A stretch of 64,000 bases of DNA. Origin: an uncultured Gammaproteobacteria bacterium (lineage in GTDB: Bacteria; Pseudomonadota; Gammaproteobacteria; Poriferisulfidales; GCA-002705445). The DNA is taken from positions 20,022 through 84,021 of the forward strand of contig CAJYAP010000002.1 of assembly GCA_913065025.1 (NCBI GenBank). The letters are read 5' to 3'. Made by a program: the position numbers and the translations under genes. Under the pieces are notes generated by a model, which worked only from the letters and a program-made list of their open reading frames with translations, had not been told where the DNA came from and did not search any database. Below, piece by piece: positions 1-8,230 of the stretch. Numbering within the stretch: the first letter of the stretch is position 1; each line of letters starts with the position of its first letter.

Positions 1-277
1 CTTCAAATTCCCATCTTCCATCCAAATACTTAAATGGCCCGTCTATAAGCTTCATCTCTATACTCTCATATTCAATAATTTTATTCATAGTTGTGAAAGT
101 AGTTTTTATCCCTTTTAGGTTAAAATCAAGTCTAGCCTCCATTTGATTTTTTTCTTCAGATAAGATTTTAGAATCTGAACAATAAGGTACAAAATTTTTG
201 TATAGATCAACTCTATTTACAACGTTAAAAACTTTTTTTTTATCTTTTAAAATTATTGCTTCTTTTTTAATTTCCAT
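1..277 (-). CDS. ratA: RatA/YfjG-like SRPBCC (START/COQ10-type) protein; N-terminal 92 codons, gene runs off the left edge
   Basis: Own translation of the minus strand from ATG at 277: MEIKKEAIILKDKKKVFNVVNRVDLYKNFVPYCSDSKILSEEKNQMEARLDFNLKGIKTTFTTMNKIIEYESIEMKLIDGPFKYLDGRWEFE. The KTTFTT...M.L.DGPFK.L.G.W.F block matches E. coli RatA as I remember it. Absent from the ORF track because it is truncated. Confidence 0.7.
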   Translation of the reverse strand, partial: MEIKKEAIILKDKKKVFNVVNRVDLYKNFVPYCSDSKILSEEKNQMEARLDFNLKGIKTTFTTMNKIIEYESIEMKLIDGPFKYLDGRWEFE

Positions 278-285
278 TTTTTATT

Positions 286-1662
286 TTATAAAAAAATATT
301 AGTACTAAAACCTAATGCGTTTAACATAACTATTATTACCGCTATTGGTGCTAATATTCTTGTAGAGAAATACCAAGATGCCTTCAGTACTCTAGACTTA
401 ATTTTTAATTCTGAATCTATATTTTCTTTCGATATTAACCACCCTACAAATATTGTTATCAATATCCCCCCCATTGGAAGAAGTATATTGGATGTCAAAT
501 AATCCAAAAACTCAAATATTGTCATATTAAATATTTTTATTTCTGAACCAACATTGAATGATATTATTGTTCCAATTCCAAGCAACCAAGCTGTGCCTGC
601 TGCTATAATGGCTGCCTTTATTCTTGAAATATTATATTTTTCTATCAGCCAAATTATCATAGGCTCTATCAATGAAATTGATGAAGTCCATGCTGCAAAT
701 ATTAATAGTATAAAAAATAATGTTCCAAATAATTGTCCACCTGGCATCGCTCCAAAGGCTACTGTAAGAGTTTGGAATATTAAACCAGGGCCCTGAGTCA
801 TTTCTAATCCACTAGAAATAACTATAGGAAAAATTGCTAGTCCTGCGAGTAAAGCAACTATAGTATCTAAAGAAGCTACTATTACGCAAGTTTGTGGTAT
901 AGAAATTTCGCTTGATAAATAAGAGCCATAGACCATTAAAGCCCCCATTCCTAGACTTAAACTAAAAAATGCCTGGCCCAAAGCTATTAATACTGTCGTC
1001 CATGTTACTTGACTAAAGTCAGGGTATAACATAAATTTAAAGCCGTTATAAAAGTCTCCCTCTATCGCTGAAAATATAACCAAAGCTAATAATAAAACTA
1101 AAAGCGCTGGCATTAATCTTACAACTGCGCTTTCTAAACCTGACTTTACTCCTTTGGCGACAACAATTGCCGTAATGATTGAAAATATTGTATGCCAAGC
1201 CAAGAGTCTTTCGGGGTCTGACACAAGATCTGCGAACATTGATGCTGCACCTAGAGCATCAATATTGTTAAGTGTTCCGAATGCTGTTCTAACTGTATAA
1301 GCCATTGTCCAGCCAGCTATAACACCATAGTAAGACAAAATTAATATACCAGCTACTATCCCTATTAAGCCTATTAACTGCCAATTTTTTGATCTATTCT
1401 CTCTATCAGCAATATATTTTATTGATGCAATAGGGTTTAGTCTTCCTCTTTTGCCTAGATATACTTCCGCAAGCATAATTGGAATACCTATAAAAAGAAC
1501 ACATAAAATATAAATTAGTACAAATGCTCCCCCACCATTTTCTCCTGTAATATAAGGAAATTTCCATATATTACCAAGGCCCACAGCAGATCCTGTAGCA
1601 GCCAGTATAAAAGCTGTTCTTGAAGACCATTCACCATGTGAAGAAGTTCTATTTATTGCCAT
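286..1662 (-). CDS. Neurotransmitter:sodium symporter (NSS/SNF) family transporter
   Basis: 458-aa polytopic ORF with the N-terminal signature WSSRTAFILAATGSAVGLGNIWKFPY typical of the NSS family. Confidence 0.9.
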   Translation of the reverse strand: MAINRTSSHGEWSSRTAFILAATGSAVGLGNIWKFPYITGENGGGAFVLIYILCVLFIGIPIMLAEVYLGKRGRLNPIASIKYIADRENRSKNWQLIGLIGIVAGILILSYYGVIAGWTMAYTVRTAFGTLNNIDALGAASMFADLVSDPERLLAWHTIFSIITAIVVAKGVKSGLESAVVRLMPALLVLLLALVIFSAIEGDFYNGFKFMLYPDFSQVTWTTVLIALGQAFFSLSLGMGALMVYGSYLSSEISIPQTCVIVASLDTIVALLAGLAIFPIVISSGLEMTQGPGLIFQTLTVAFGAMPGGQLFGTLFFILLIFAAWTSSISLIEPMIIWLIEKYNISRIKAAIIAAGTAWLLGIGTIISFNVGSEIKIFNMTIFEFLDYLTSNILLPMGGILITIFVGWLISKENIDSELKIKSRVLKASWYFSTRILAPIAVIIVMLNALGFSTNIFL

Positions 1663-1700
1663 TAGTTACTACTTGTTATTATGTTAATATTGTTAATACT

Positions 1701-2183
1701 ATGGGACAAAGAACTAAAAATACAGAAAATATTATAGCTGTCAACAAAAAAGCTGGGCATGATTATTTTATTCTTGAAAAAATAGAAGCTGGGATTGTGC
1801 TTGAAGGCTGGGAAGTAAAAGGAATCCGTGCTTTAAAAGTTCAGTTAAAAGAAGCTTATGTAAAAATAATTAGAGGCGATGTTAATTTAATTGGTTCAAA
1901 TATTACTCCTCCCTCTTACATTAATAAAGATACCGTTAAAAATCCTTCTAGAACCAGAAAGTTACTTTTAAATCAAAAAGAAATAAATATATTAATTGGA
2001 AAGGTTCAAAAAGAAGGGTTAACTCTCATACCACTTTCACTTTATTGGAAAAATAATAAAGTGAAATTGAAATTAGGTATTGCTAAAGGTAAAAAGAAAT
2101 TTGACAAGAGACAATCAGAAAAAAATAAAGATTGGGCAATTGAAAAAAATCGAGTTGCTAAAACTAAATTAAGAAGTAGTTAA
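1701..2183 (+). CDS. smpB: SsrA-binding protein SmpB
   Basis: ORF 1620..2183. The conserved SmpB sequence begins at the internal ATG 1701 (MGQRTKNTENIIAVNKKAGHDYFILEK...GWEVKG). The upstream 27 codons overlap the divergent NSS gene and are probably not translated. Confidence 0.93.
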   Translation: MGQRTKNTENIIAVNKKAGHDYFILEKIEAGIVLEGWEVKGIRALKVQLKEAYVKIIRGDVNLIGSNITPPSYINKDTVKNPSRTRKLLLNQKEINILIGKVQKEGLTLIPLSLYWKNNKVKLKLGIAKGKKKFDKRQSEKNKDWAIEKNRVAKTKLRSS

Positions 2184-2383
2184 TCTCTATTACAAGAAAA
2201 AACTTCTACCTCAAGATTTAAACCTGTTGATTTTACTCCCTCTATACAGTCAACATAGCTACTATACTCTCCGATTACTCCAGCACTGCCAGTAGCAACC
2301 CAGTTTCCTGAATCTTCGCTATATTTTAAGTACCCCCAAAAACCTACTATTAATAGGATTATTAACATAAATATTTTATCCAT
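2180..2383 (-). CDS. Hypothetical small membrane-anchored protein (67 aa, 2 Cys)
   Basis: N-terminal hydrophobic helix IFMLIILLIVGFWGYL and a GC-rich SD-like AAAGGGCGGGA just upstream of the ATG in an otherwise AT-rich spacer. No family recognised. Confidence 0.45.
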   Translation of the reverse strand: MDKIFMLIILLIVGFWGYLKYSEDSGNWVATGSAGVIGEYSSYVDCIEGVKSTGLNLEVEVFSCNRD

Positions 2384-2429
2384 CTGAGTTTCCCGCCCTT
2401 TAATTTATTTTTTGAATCTGTACATTATA

Positions 2430-3131
2430 TCAAAACTTAGAGATATTCCAAATACATCTACCACTAGAAGCTTCGTCTATTTTATTACATATTTCTTTAT
2501 GCTTTCTTAATTCTTCTTCGTTAGCTTTGTATACCAAAGAGCTTTTAATGTGTTTTTTTATTGTAGTATTGATTTTTTTTTCACTTTTATTTTTTGCTAA
2601 ATCAAAAGATATCTGGCCTCCTGTCATTGATAAATATACATCGCCAAGAATTCTTGCATCTAATAAAGCCCCATGAAAATCTCTAGATGAGTTATCAACT
2701 CCATATCTTTTACATAGGGCATCAAGACTATTTTTCTGTCCCGGGTGAAGTTTTCTTGCATAAACAAGAGTGTCAAAGATTTTACAAATACTAGAAATTT
2801 CAACCTTTGATTTTGATTTCTTATACTCATGTTCTAAAAAACCAACATCAAAAGGAGCATTATGAATTATCAGCTCTGCTCCATCTATAAAATTTAAAAG
2901 ATCATTTTTTATATCTTGAAATAAGGGTTTCTCTTTGAGAAATTCATTTGTTATGCCGTGAACACTTATAGCTCCTTGATCTATTTCTCTCATCGGATTT
3001 AAATACTGATGGAATTTTTTACCAGTGTATTTCCTATCAAAAAGCTCAATACATCCTATTTCTATTATTTTATGATTTCTAGAAACATCTAGACCCGTTG
3101 TTTCGGTATCAAGAATAATTTGCCTACTCAT
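2430..3131 (-). CDS. dnaQ: DNA polymerase III epsilon subunit (3'-5' proofreading exonuclease)
   Basis: DEDDh motifs ILDTETTGL, HNAPFDVGFL and HGALLDARILGDVY; length 233 aa. Confidence 0.9.
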   Translation of the reverse strand: MSRQIILDTETTGLDVSRNHKIIEIGCIELFDRKYTGKKFHQYLNPMREIDQGAISVHGITNEFLKEKPLFQDIKNDLLNFIDGAELIIHNAPFDVGFLEHEYKKSKSKVEISSICKIFDTLVYARKLHPGQKNSLDALCKRYGVDNSSRDFHGALLDARILGDVYLSMTGGQISFDLAKNKSEKKINTTIKKHIKSSLVYKANEEELRKHKEICNKIDEASSGRCIWNISKF

Positions 3132-3577
3132 TCCAACTTCTCACTTTTTTTTAATATAGCTAAATTAGCTAAGTCATCTGCCATTTCATTACCTGGATTA
3201 CCACTATGACCCTTAACCCAATTCCATTTAATAGTATGTTCTGAAGATAAATCATCTATAGCTTTCCATAAATCAACATTTTTTACATCTTTTTTAGTAG
3301 AAGTTTTCCAATTATTATTTTTCCAGTTATTTATCCAATCATTAATTCCATTCATTAAGTATTTAGAATCAGTGTGTATAACTACATTTGATTTAATTTT
3401 TAAACTCTTTATAGCATTTATAGCTGCTGTAATTTCCATCCTATTGTTTGTAGTATTATTTTCATATCCATACAATTTTTTTGTACTTTCTTCAAATTCA
3501 ATAACAGCACCCCAACCACCCTCACCTGGGTTACCCTTACAAGCACCATCAGTATATATAACTACATTATTTTTCAT
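3128..3577 (-). CDS. rnhA: Ribonuclease HI
   Basis: VIYTDGACKGNPGEGGWG...HTDSKY...WVKGHSGNPGNEMADDLA; 149 aa. Its stop overlaps the dnaQ start by 4 nt. Confidence 0.95.
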   Translation of the reverse strand: MKNNVVIYTDGACKGNPGEGGWGAVIEFEESTKKLYGYENNTTNNRMEITAAINAIKSLKIKSNVVIHTDSKYLMNGINDWINNWKNNNWKTSTKKDVKNVDLWKAIDDLSSEHTIKWNWVKGHSGNPGNEMADDLANLAILKKSEKLE

Positions 3578-4292
3578 AATTATTATGAACTACAGGTTTA
3601 GAAAACTTTCCTAAAATTATATTATCTTTCTTATGCCAATTTTTAACAGATATAAATTTAAAAGTATTCTTTTTTGCAAAAATTACATAACTATTTCCGA
3701 AATAGTTTATTTTTGAGAAAATATTTCCGTTTAAAAAACTTAAAAATTCTAAAAATTTATTATTTTTAAATGGAGGTATTTTATTTATATTAAAGATGCT
3801 ATTAACATCGTAAGAAAATAAAGACATCCAGTCAATTAATCTAGATATATTTATATATACTTTATTTTTAAAAATAGAATTTATTGGTAGTAATCGATAT
3901 AGACCAAGAAAACTTGTTTTGTTAAAACCAGCTATAATAATTTCACCGTCATCAGCTAATACTCTATTTACTTCTCTAAAAGCTGCATGAGGATTTTGTT
4001 CTACCTCTAAAGAATGTATCAATACTATTCTGTCTATTGAAGACTTTTGAAATGGTAAATTCTGTAATTCTGCTTTAATATCAGCTCCTTTAGAATTTGA
4101 AACATAAAAGCTATTAAAGTTATAACTTTTATCCATTATTTCTCTTATCAATCTTTCAGTACCAATATATAAGATATTTTTATCAAAAGAAGGGCGTAAA
4201 ATTTTATTTATTGAGTTAATAATTAAATCCTGGTTAATCTCACCTGCTCTTGATAAGTACCAATTATTTATTTCTGATGTCTTAAAGTTCAT
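3567..4292 (-). CDS. YafS-like SAM-dependent methyltransferase family protein
   Basis: The block LPF..SID...L.H.LE......REVNRVLADDGEIIIAGFNKTSFLGL parallels E. coli YafS (remembered), which also sits beside rnhA. Confidence 0.6.
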   Translation of the reverse strand: MNFKTSEINNWYLSRAGEINQDLIINSINKILRPSFDKNILYIGTERLIREIMDKSYNFNSFYVSNSKGADIKAELQNLPFQKSSIDRIVLIHSLEVEQNPHAAFREVNRVLADDGEIIIAGFNKTSFLGLYRLLPINSIFKNKVYINISRLIDWMSLFSYDVNSIFNINKIPPFKNNKFLEFLSFLNGNIFSKINYFGNSYVIFAKKNTFKFISVKNWHKKDNIILGKFSKPVVHNNYEK

Positions 4293-4294
4293 TT

Positions 4295-5890
4295 TTATAT
4301 TTTTATCTGTGGAACAGATTTTAATAGTTTTTTAGTATACTCGTTTTTAGTTTTATTAATTATATCAAACGTGCTGCCACTCTCAACCATCTTGCCTTTA
4401 TACATCACAGATATTGTGTCAGATATATTAGATATTAACTTTATATCATGTGATATAAATAGATATGATATCTTTGTTCTTTCTTGAATATCAATCAAAA
4501 GATCAAGCACTTGCTTTTGGACTGTAACATCTAATGAGCTTGTTGGCTCATCACAAACTAGTAATTTAGGTTCTAGTACTAAAACTCTAGCAATAGCAAT
4601 TCTTTGTCTTTGTCCACCAGAAAACTGATGGGGGTATTTATTCAAGGAATCTTTACTTAAGCCAACGTTTTTAATAACATCATAAAGAATCTTATTTGTG
4701 TCAGTGTTACTTAATTCTGGTTTCAAAAAACACAACCCTTCTTTAATTATTGCTCCAACTCTCATCCTTGGATTTAATGAGGAAAATGGATCTTGGAATA
4801 CCATCTGGTAATGTTTTCTAAAATCTCTCTTCTCAAAGTTAGTCATTTTTAAAATATCCTTATTTAATATTTTAATATTTCCTGATGTAACTTGAGTTAA
4901 CCCCATTATTGCTTTAGCTATTGTTGTTTTACCAGATCCTGATTCTCCAACAATAGCATGAGTAGAACTAGGTTTTATTAAAAAACTTATATCATCTACC
5001 GCTTTGATATAAGATTTTTCTCTATCTAAAAATTTATTTTTTTCTTTGAAGTAAACTTTAAGATTACTTATATTCAAAACATCTTCATCATTATTATCAA
5101 TATTCGTAATTAATTTTCTATTATACTTTGAGGAGACTAATAATGATTTACTATAAAGTTCTTTTGGATTTTGAAAAAATAATTTAGATTCACAATTCTC
5201 AATAACTTTACCGTTTTTCATTACAACTATTCTGTCTGATATTTGAGATGCCACAGCGAGGTCGTGTGTTATAAATAATATTGCCATATTTAATTTTTCT
5301 TTTAATTCAATTAGTAAATCTAAAACTTGTTTTTGAATTGTTACGTCTAGAGATGTAGTTGGTTCATCTGCAATTAATAGTTTTGGTTTACAAGCAATTG
5401 CCATAGCTATCATTACTCTTTGCTTCATACCTCCCGATAACTGATGTGGATATAAATTTATTACTCTTTTTGCGTCATTAATCCCTACAGAAATTAAATT
5501 CTTAATTATCTCATGTTCTAAATTGACGTCTTTGTAGTTTATATATGCTTCTCTTAATTGTTCTCTTATACTCATTACCGGGTTAAGAGATCTCATGGGC
5601 TCCTGAAATATCATAGATATATCTTTTTTTCTAATTTCACGCATTTCTTTTTCTTTTAGATTAAAGATATTTTTATCAGCAAATATTACTTCTCCATTAC
5701 TTATTTTACATGACGCTTCTAGTAATCTTATAATTGATAATGCTGTAAGAGATTTTCCACTACCAGACTCGCCTATTAGCGAAACAACTTCAGATTCTTT
5801 AATTGTAAAACTAATATCTTTTAGTATCTCTTCCTCTGCATGAGATCTTATATTTAAACATAGATTTTTTACCTGCAGTAAATCATTCAT
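4295..5890 (-). CDS. yejF: ABC transporter ATP-binding protein with duplicated ATPase cassettes (YejF-like, peptide/microcin-type importer)
   Basis: Two Walker A motifs (GESGSGKS twice), signatures LSGGMKQR and FSGGQRQR, and Walker B DEPTTSLD/DEPTSSLD. Start moved to ATG 5890 (MNDLLQVKNL), which overlaps the yejE stop as ATGAATGA. Confidence 0.85.
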   Translation of the reverse strand: MNDLLQVKNLCLNIRSHAEEEILKDISFTIKESEVVSLIGESGSGKSLTALSIIRLLEASCKISNGEVIFADKNIFNLKEKEMREIRKKDISMIFQEPMRSLNPVMSIREQLREAYINYKDVNLEHEIIKNLISVGINDAKRVINLYPHQLSGGMKQRVMIAMAIACKPKLLIADEPTTSLDVTIQKQVLDLLIELKEKLNMAILFITHDLAVASQISDRIVVMKNGKVIENCESKLFFQNPKELYSKSLLVSSKYNRKLITNIDNNDEDVLNISNLKVYFKEKNKFLDREKSYIKAVDDISFLIKPSSTHAIVGESGSGKTTIAKAIMGLTQVTSGNIKILNKDILKMTNFEKRDFRKHYQMVFQDPFSSLNPRMRVGAIIKEGLCFLKPELSNTDTNKILYDVIKNVGLSKDSLNKYPHQFSGGQRQRIAIARVLVLEPKLLVCDEPTSSLDVTVQKQVLDLLIDIQERTKISYLFISHDIKLISNISDTISVMYKGKMVESGSTFDIINKTKNEYTKKLLKSVPQIKI

Positions 5891-7253
5891 AATTTTTGTT
5901 TGCTCTTGGATCAAATGCATCTCTTACAACATCAGAAAATAAATTTGCGAATAATACCAACATAAACATAAATAAAAATGCAGAAAATAAAGACCACCAA
6001 ACTATTGGCTCTCTTGACATTTCTAGTCTTGCCGCGTTAATCATATTCCCCCAGCTGTATGTTGTTGGGTCAACGCCAATATTTACATAAGATAATACAG
6101 CCTCTGCAAGTACCAGCGCGCTAAAATCTAGCACAACAGTAATAATAACTATATGCATTATATTTGGGATTATATGCCTCACTATAATAGAAAATTTGCT
6201 CAATCCAAATGTTTGTGAAGCTTGAACATACTCAACTTCTCTAAGCTTCATTGACTCTCCACGCAGTAAACGACATAATCCTGTCCAGCTTGTTAGGCCT
6301 AATATCATGCATAAGAAAAAAAGTCTTAAATCAGCTCTCTCATAAATATTTTCAAATTCAAGAGGGTTGTTAGTCATATAAACTTGGAGCATTAAAATAG
6401 CTGATGCAATTAACAAAACACTTGGGATTGAGTTTAAAGTTGTATAAATGTACTGAATAATATCGTCAACAAATCCACCAATATATCCTGCAAATATCCC
6501 AAGAAATATAGCAAATGGTAGCATTACTATTGTTGTTAATGTTCCAATAAGTATTCCAGTTCTAATACTTTTTATGCTTTTATATAAAACGTCTTCGCCG
6601 ACTTTATCGGTACCTAAAACATAATATTGTGATCCAAGATCATAAAATAACATAATGACAAATATCATTGAAAATAAAGATCCTAAAAAAATTTTATTAA
6701 GCTTTGCTGAATAAAAAAAATCTTTAGTTTTAAATATTTTTTTATAAAATATGAATACATAAATCAAAAAAATTATAAAAATTGTTTTTAAAAAAGAAAA
6801 TAAAGTAGTCAGAAATATATTATATGAATTTTTTTCGGAAAACTTATTATGATTTCCTTTGTGTAAAAGCTTAGGGTAAATTCTTTTATCTTTATTATTA
6901 ATTTTTATAGTTTCTTTAGAATATAAATGGGAAGAAAATGGTGCCGAGTAGCTCTTTTCAGAATTTTTATGTATTGGTAATATTATTATATCTAAAAGAC
7001 TTTTTATTTCTGAGGTATAAATATATTGATCTGTATTTTCATTATATAGCTTATCTTTAATATGTATTGAATCCAATAATGCTGTTAGCATAAAAAAAGA
7101 AAGTACTACAGACGATATAATTCCAGTTTTGTTTTTAAAAACATGCGACCATGTTTGCTTTATATCAGGAGTTTTTCTTACATAATTAATATATATACAT
7201 AATGAAAATATAATCAAATAAAAAAATATATCTGTAAGTAAAAAAGTGAACAT
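5883..7253 (-). CDS. yejE: ABC transporter permease (YejE-like) with a long N-terminal extension
   Basis: Polytopic protein. C-terminal half is typical of binding-protein-dependent permeases (oligopeptide family). Third gene of the four-gene yejABEF-order operon. Confidence 0.8.
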   Translation of the reverse strand: MFTFLLTDIFFYLIIFSLCIYINYVRKTPDIKQTWSHVFKNKTGIISSVVLSFFMLTALLDSIHIKDKLYNENTDQYIYTSEIKSLLDIIILPIHKNSEKSYSAPFSSHLYSKETIKINNKDKRIYPKLLHKGNHNKFSEKNSYNIFLTTLFSFLKTIFIIFLIYVFIFYKKIFKTKDFFYSAKLNKIFLGSLFSMIFVIMLFYDLGSQYYVLGTDKVGEDVLYKSIKSIRTGILIGTLTTIVMLPFAIFLGIFAGYIGGFVDDIIQYIYTTLNSIPSVLLIASAILMLQVYMTNNPLEFENIYERADLRLFFLCMILGLTSWTGLCRLLRGESMKLREVEYVQASQTFGLSKFSIIVRHIIPNIMHIVIITVVLDFSALVLAEAVLSYVNIGVDPTTYSWGNMINAARLEMSREPIVWWSLFSAFLFMFMLVLFANLFSDVVRDAFDPRANKNYE

Positions 7254-8230
7254 TATTTTAACCTTACTCTTGGATCAACTAATGTGTAAGATATATCTGT
7301 TAAAATTAAACCTGATATATATAGTATTGTGCCAAGAAAAACCATAGCTCTAACTATTGCAAAATCTTGGCTTTGTATTGCATCTATTGTATAACTTCCA
7401 AGGCCTGGGATTCCAAAGAATGATTCTACTATTAGACTTCCTAAAAATAATAATGGAAGTATAACTACAATACCTGTTAAAATTGGAATTAGTGCATTTT
7501 TGAAAACATGATTAAATAAAACAGCGCTTTCAGAAAGACCTTTAGATTTTGCTGTCTTAACATAATCTTTTTCAATTTCTTCTAAAAATAAAGAGCGGTA
7601 CCATCTTGTGCCAGAGCCTATACCATATAGAACGCTTATTATTACTGGTAAAACTAAAAATTTTATAGCCTCATATCCATGAGCATACCCTGATATTGGT
7701 ACAAGATGCATTAGTTTACTAATAAGGTATTGGCCTCCAATAATATAAAATAAACTTGATATTGACATTAATGCAACACAAAAAATAACTCCAATGTAAT
7801 CTACTTTTGTTGACCTAAAATAAACAAAAAATAATGCAAAAGTAATATTAATGAATAAACCAACAAGTAATGATGGAAGTGCTATAGCCAAACTTGGCCA
7901 CATTCTTTGTTTAATATCATACTTTATATCTCTTCCACTATCTGACAAACCAAACTCAAAAAGAAATAACTTAAATGATTTTTCATAAAAAATTGTTTCC
8001 TTAAAAGCATTTAGTCCTTTTTCATCAGTATTGTAAAAAAGAGGATTATTGTAACCCCTTTCTTCATTCCACGAAATAATTTGCTCTTGAGTTACCCTTT
8101 TATTTCCCAAGTGAAGTCTTGCAACCTCTTCGGGAGAATTAACAACAAAAAATAGTGTAAAAGTTAGCAAATTAACTCCGATTAAAATAGGAATCGCATA
8201 TATAAGTCTTTTTAAAATATATTTAATCAT
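7253..8230 (-). CDS. yejB: ABC transporter permease (YejB-like)
   Basis: MIKYILKRLIYAIPILIGVNLLTF start is typical of DppB/OppB/YejB permeases, and the protein ends in VDPRVR. Confidence 0.85.
   Translation of the reverse strand: MIKYILKRLIYAIPILIGVNLLTFTLFFVVNSPEEVARLHLGNKRVTQEQIISWNEERGYNNPLFYNTDEKGLNAFKETIFYEKSFKLFLFEFGLSDSGRDIKYDIKQRMWPSLAIALPSLLVGLFINITFALFFVYFRSTKVDYIGVIFCVALMSISSLFYIIGGQYLISKLMHLVPISGYAHGYEAIKFLVLPVIISVLYGIGSGTRWYRSLFLEEIEKDYVKTAKSKGLSESAVLFNHVFKNALIPILTGIVVILPLLFLGSLIVESFFGIPGLGSYTIDAIQSQDFAIVRAMVFLGTILYISGLILTDISYTLVDPRVRLK

Noticed and set aside
1-277. RatA as a toxin of a type II toxin-antitoxin defence module
   Set aside because: No adjacent small antitoxin ORF is present; the upstream neighbour, 8 nt away, is an NSS transporter. 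RatA/COQ10-type SRPBCC proteins are broadly conserved housekeeping-like genes near smpB. The gene is also truncated by the window edge.
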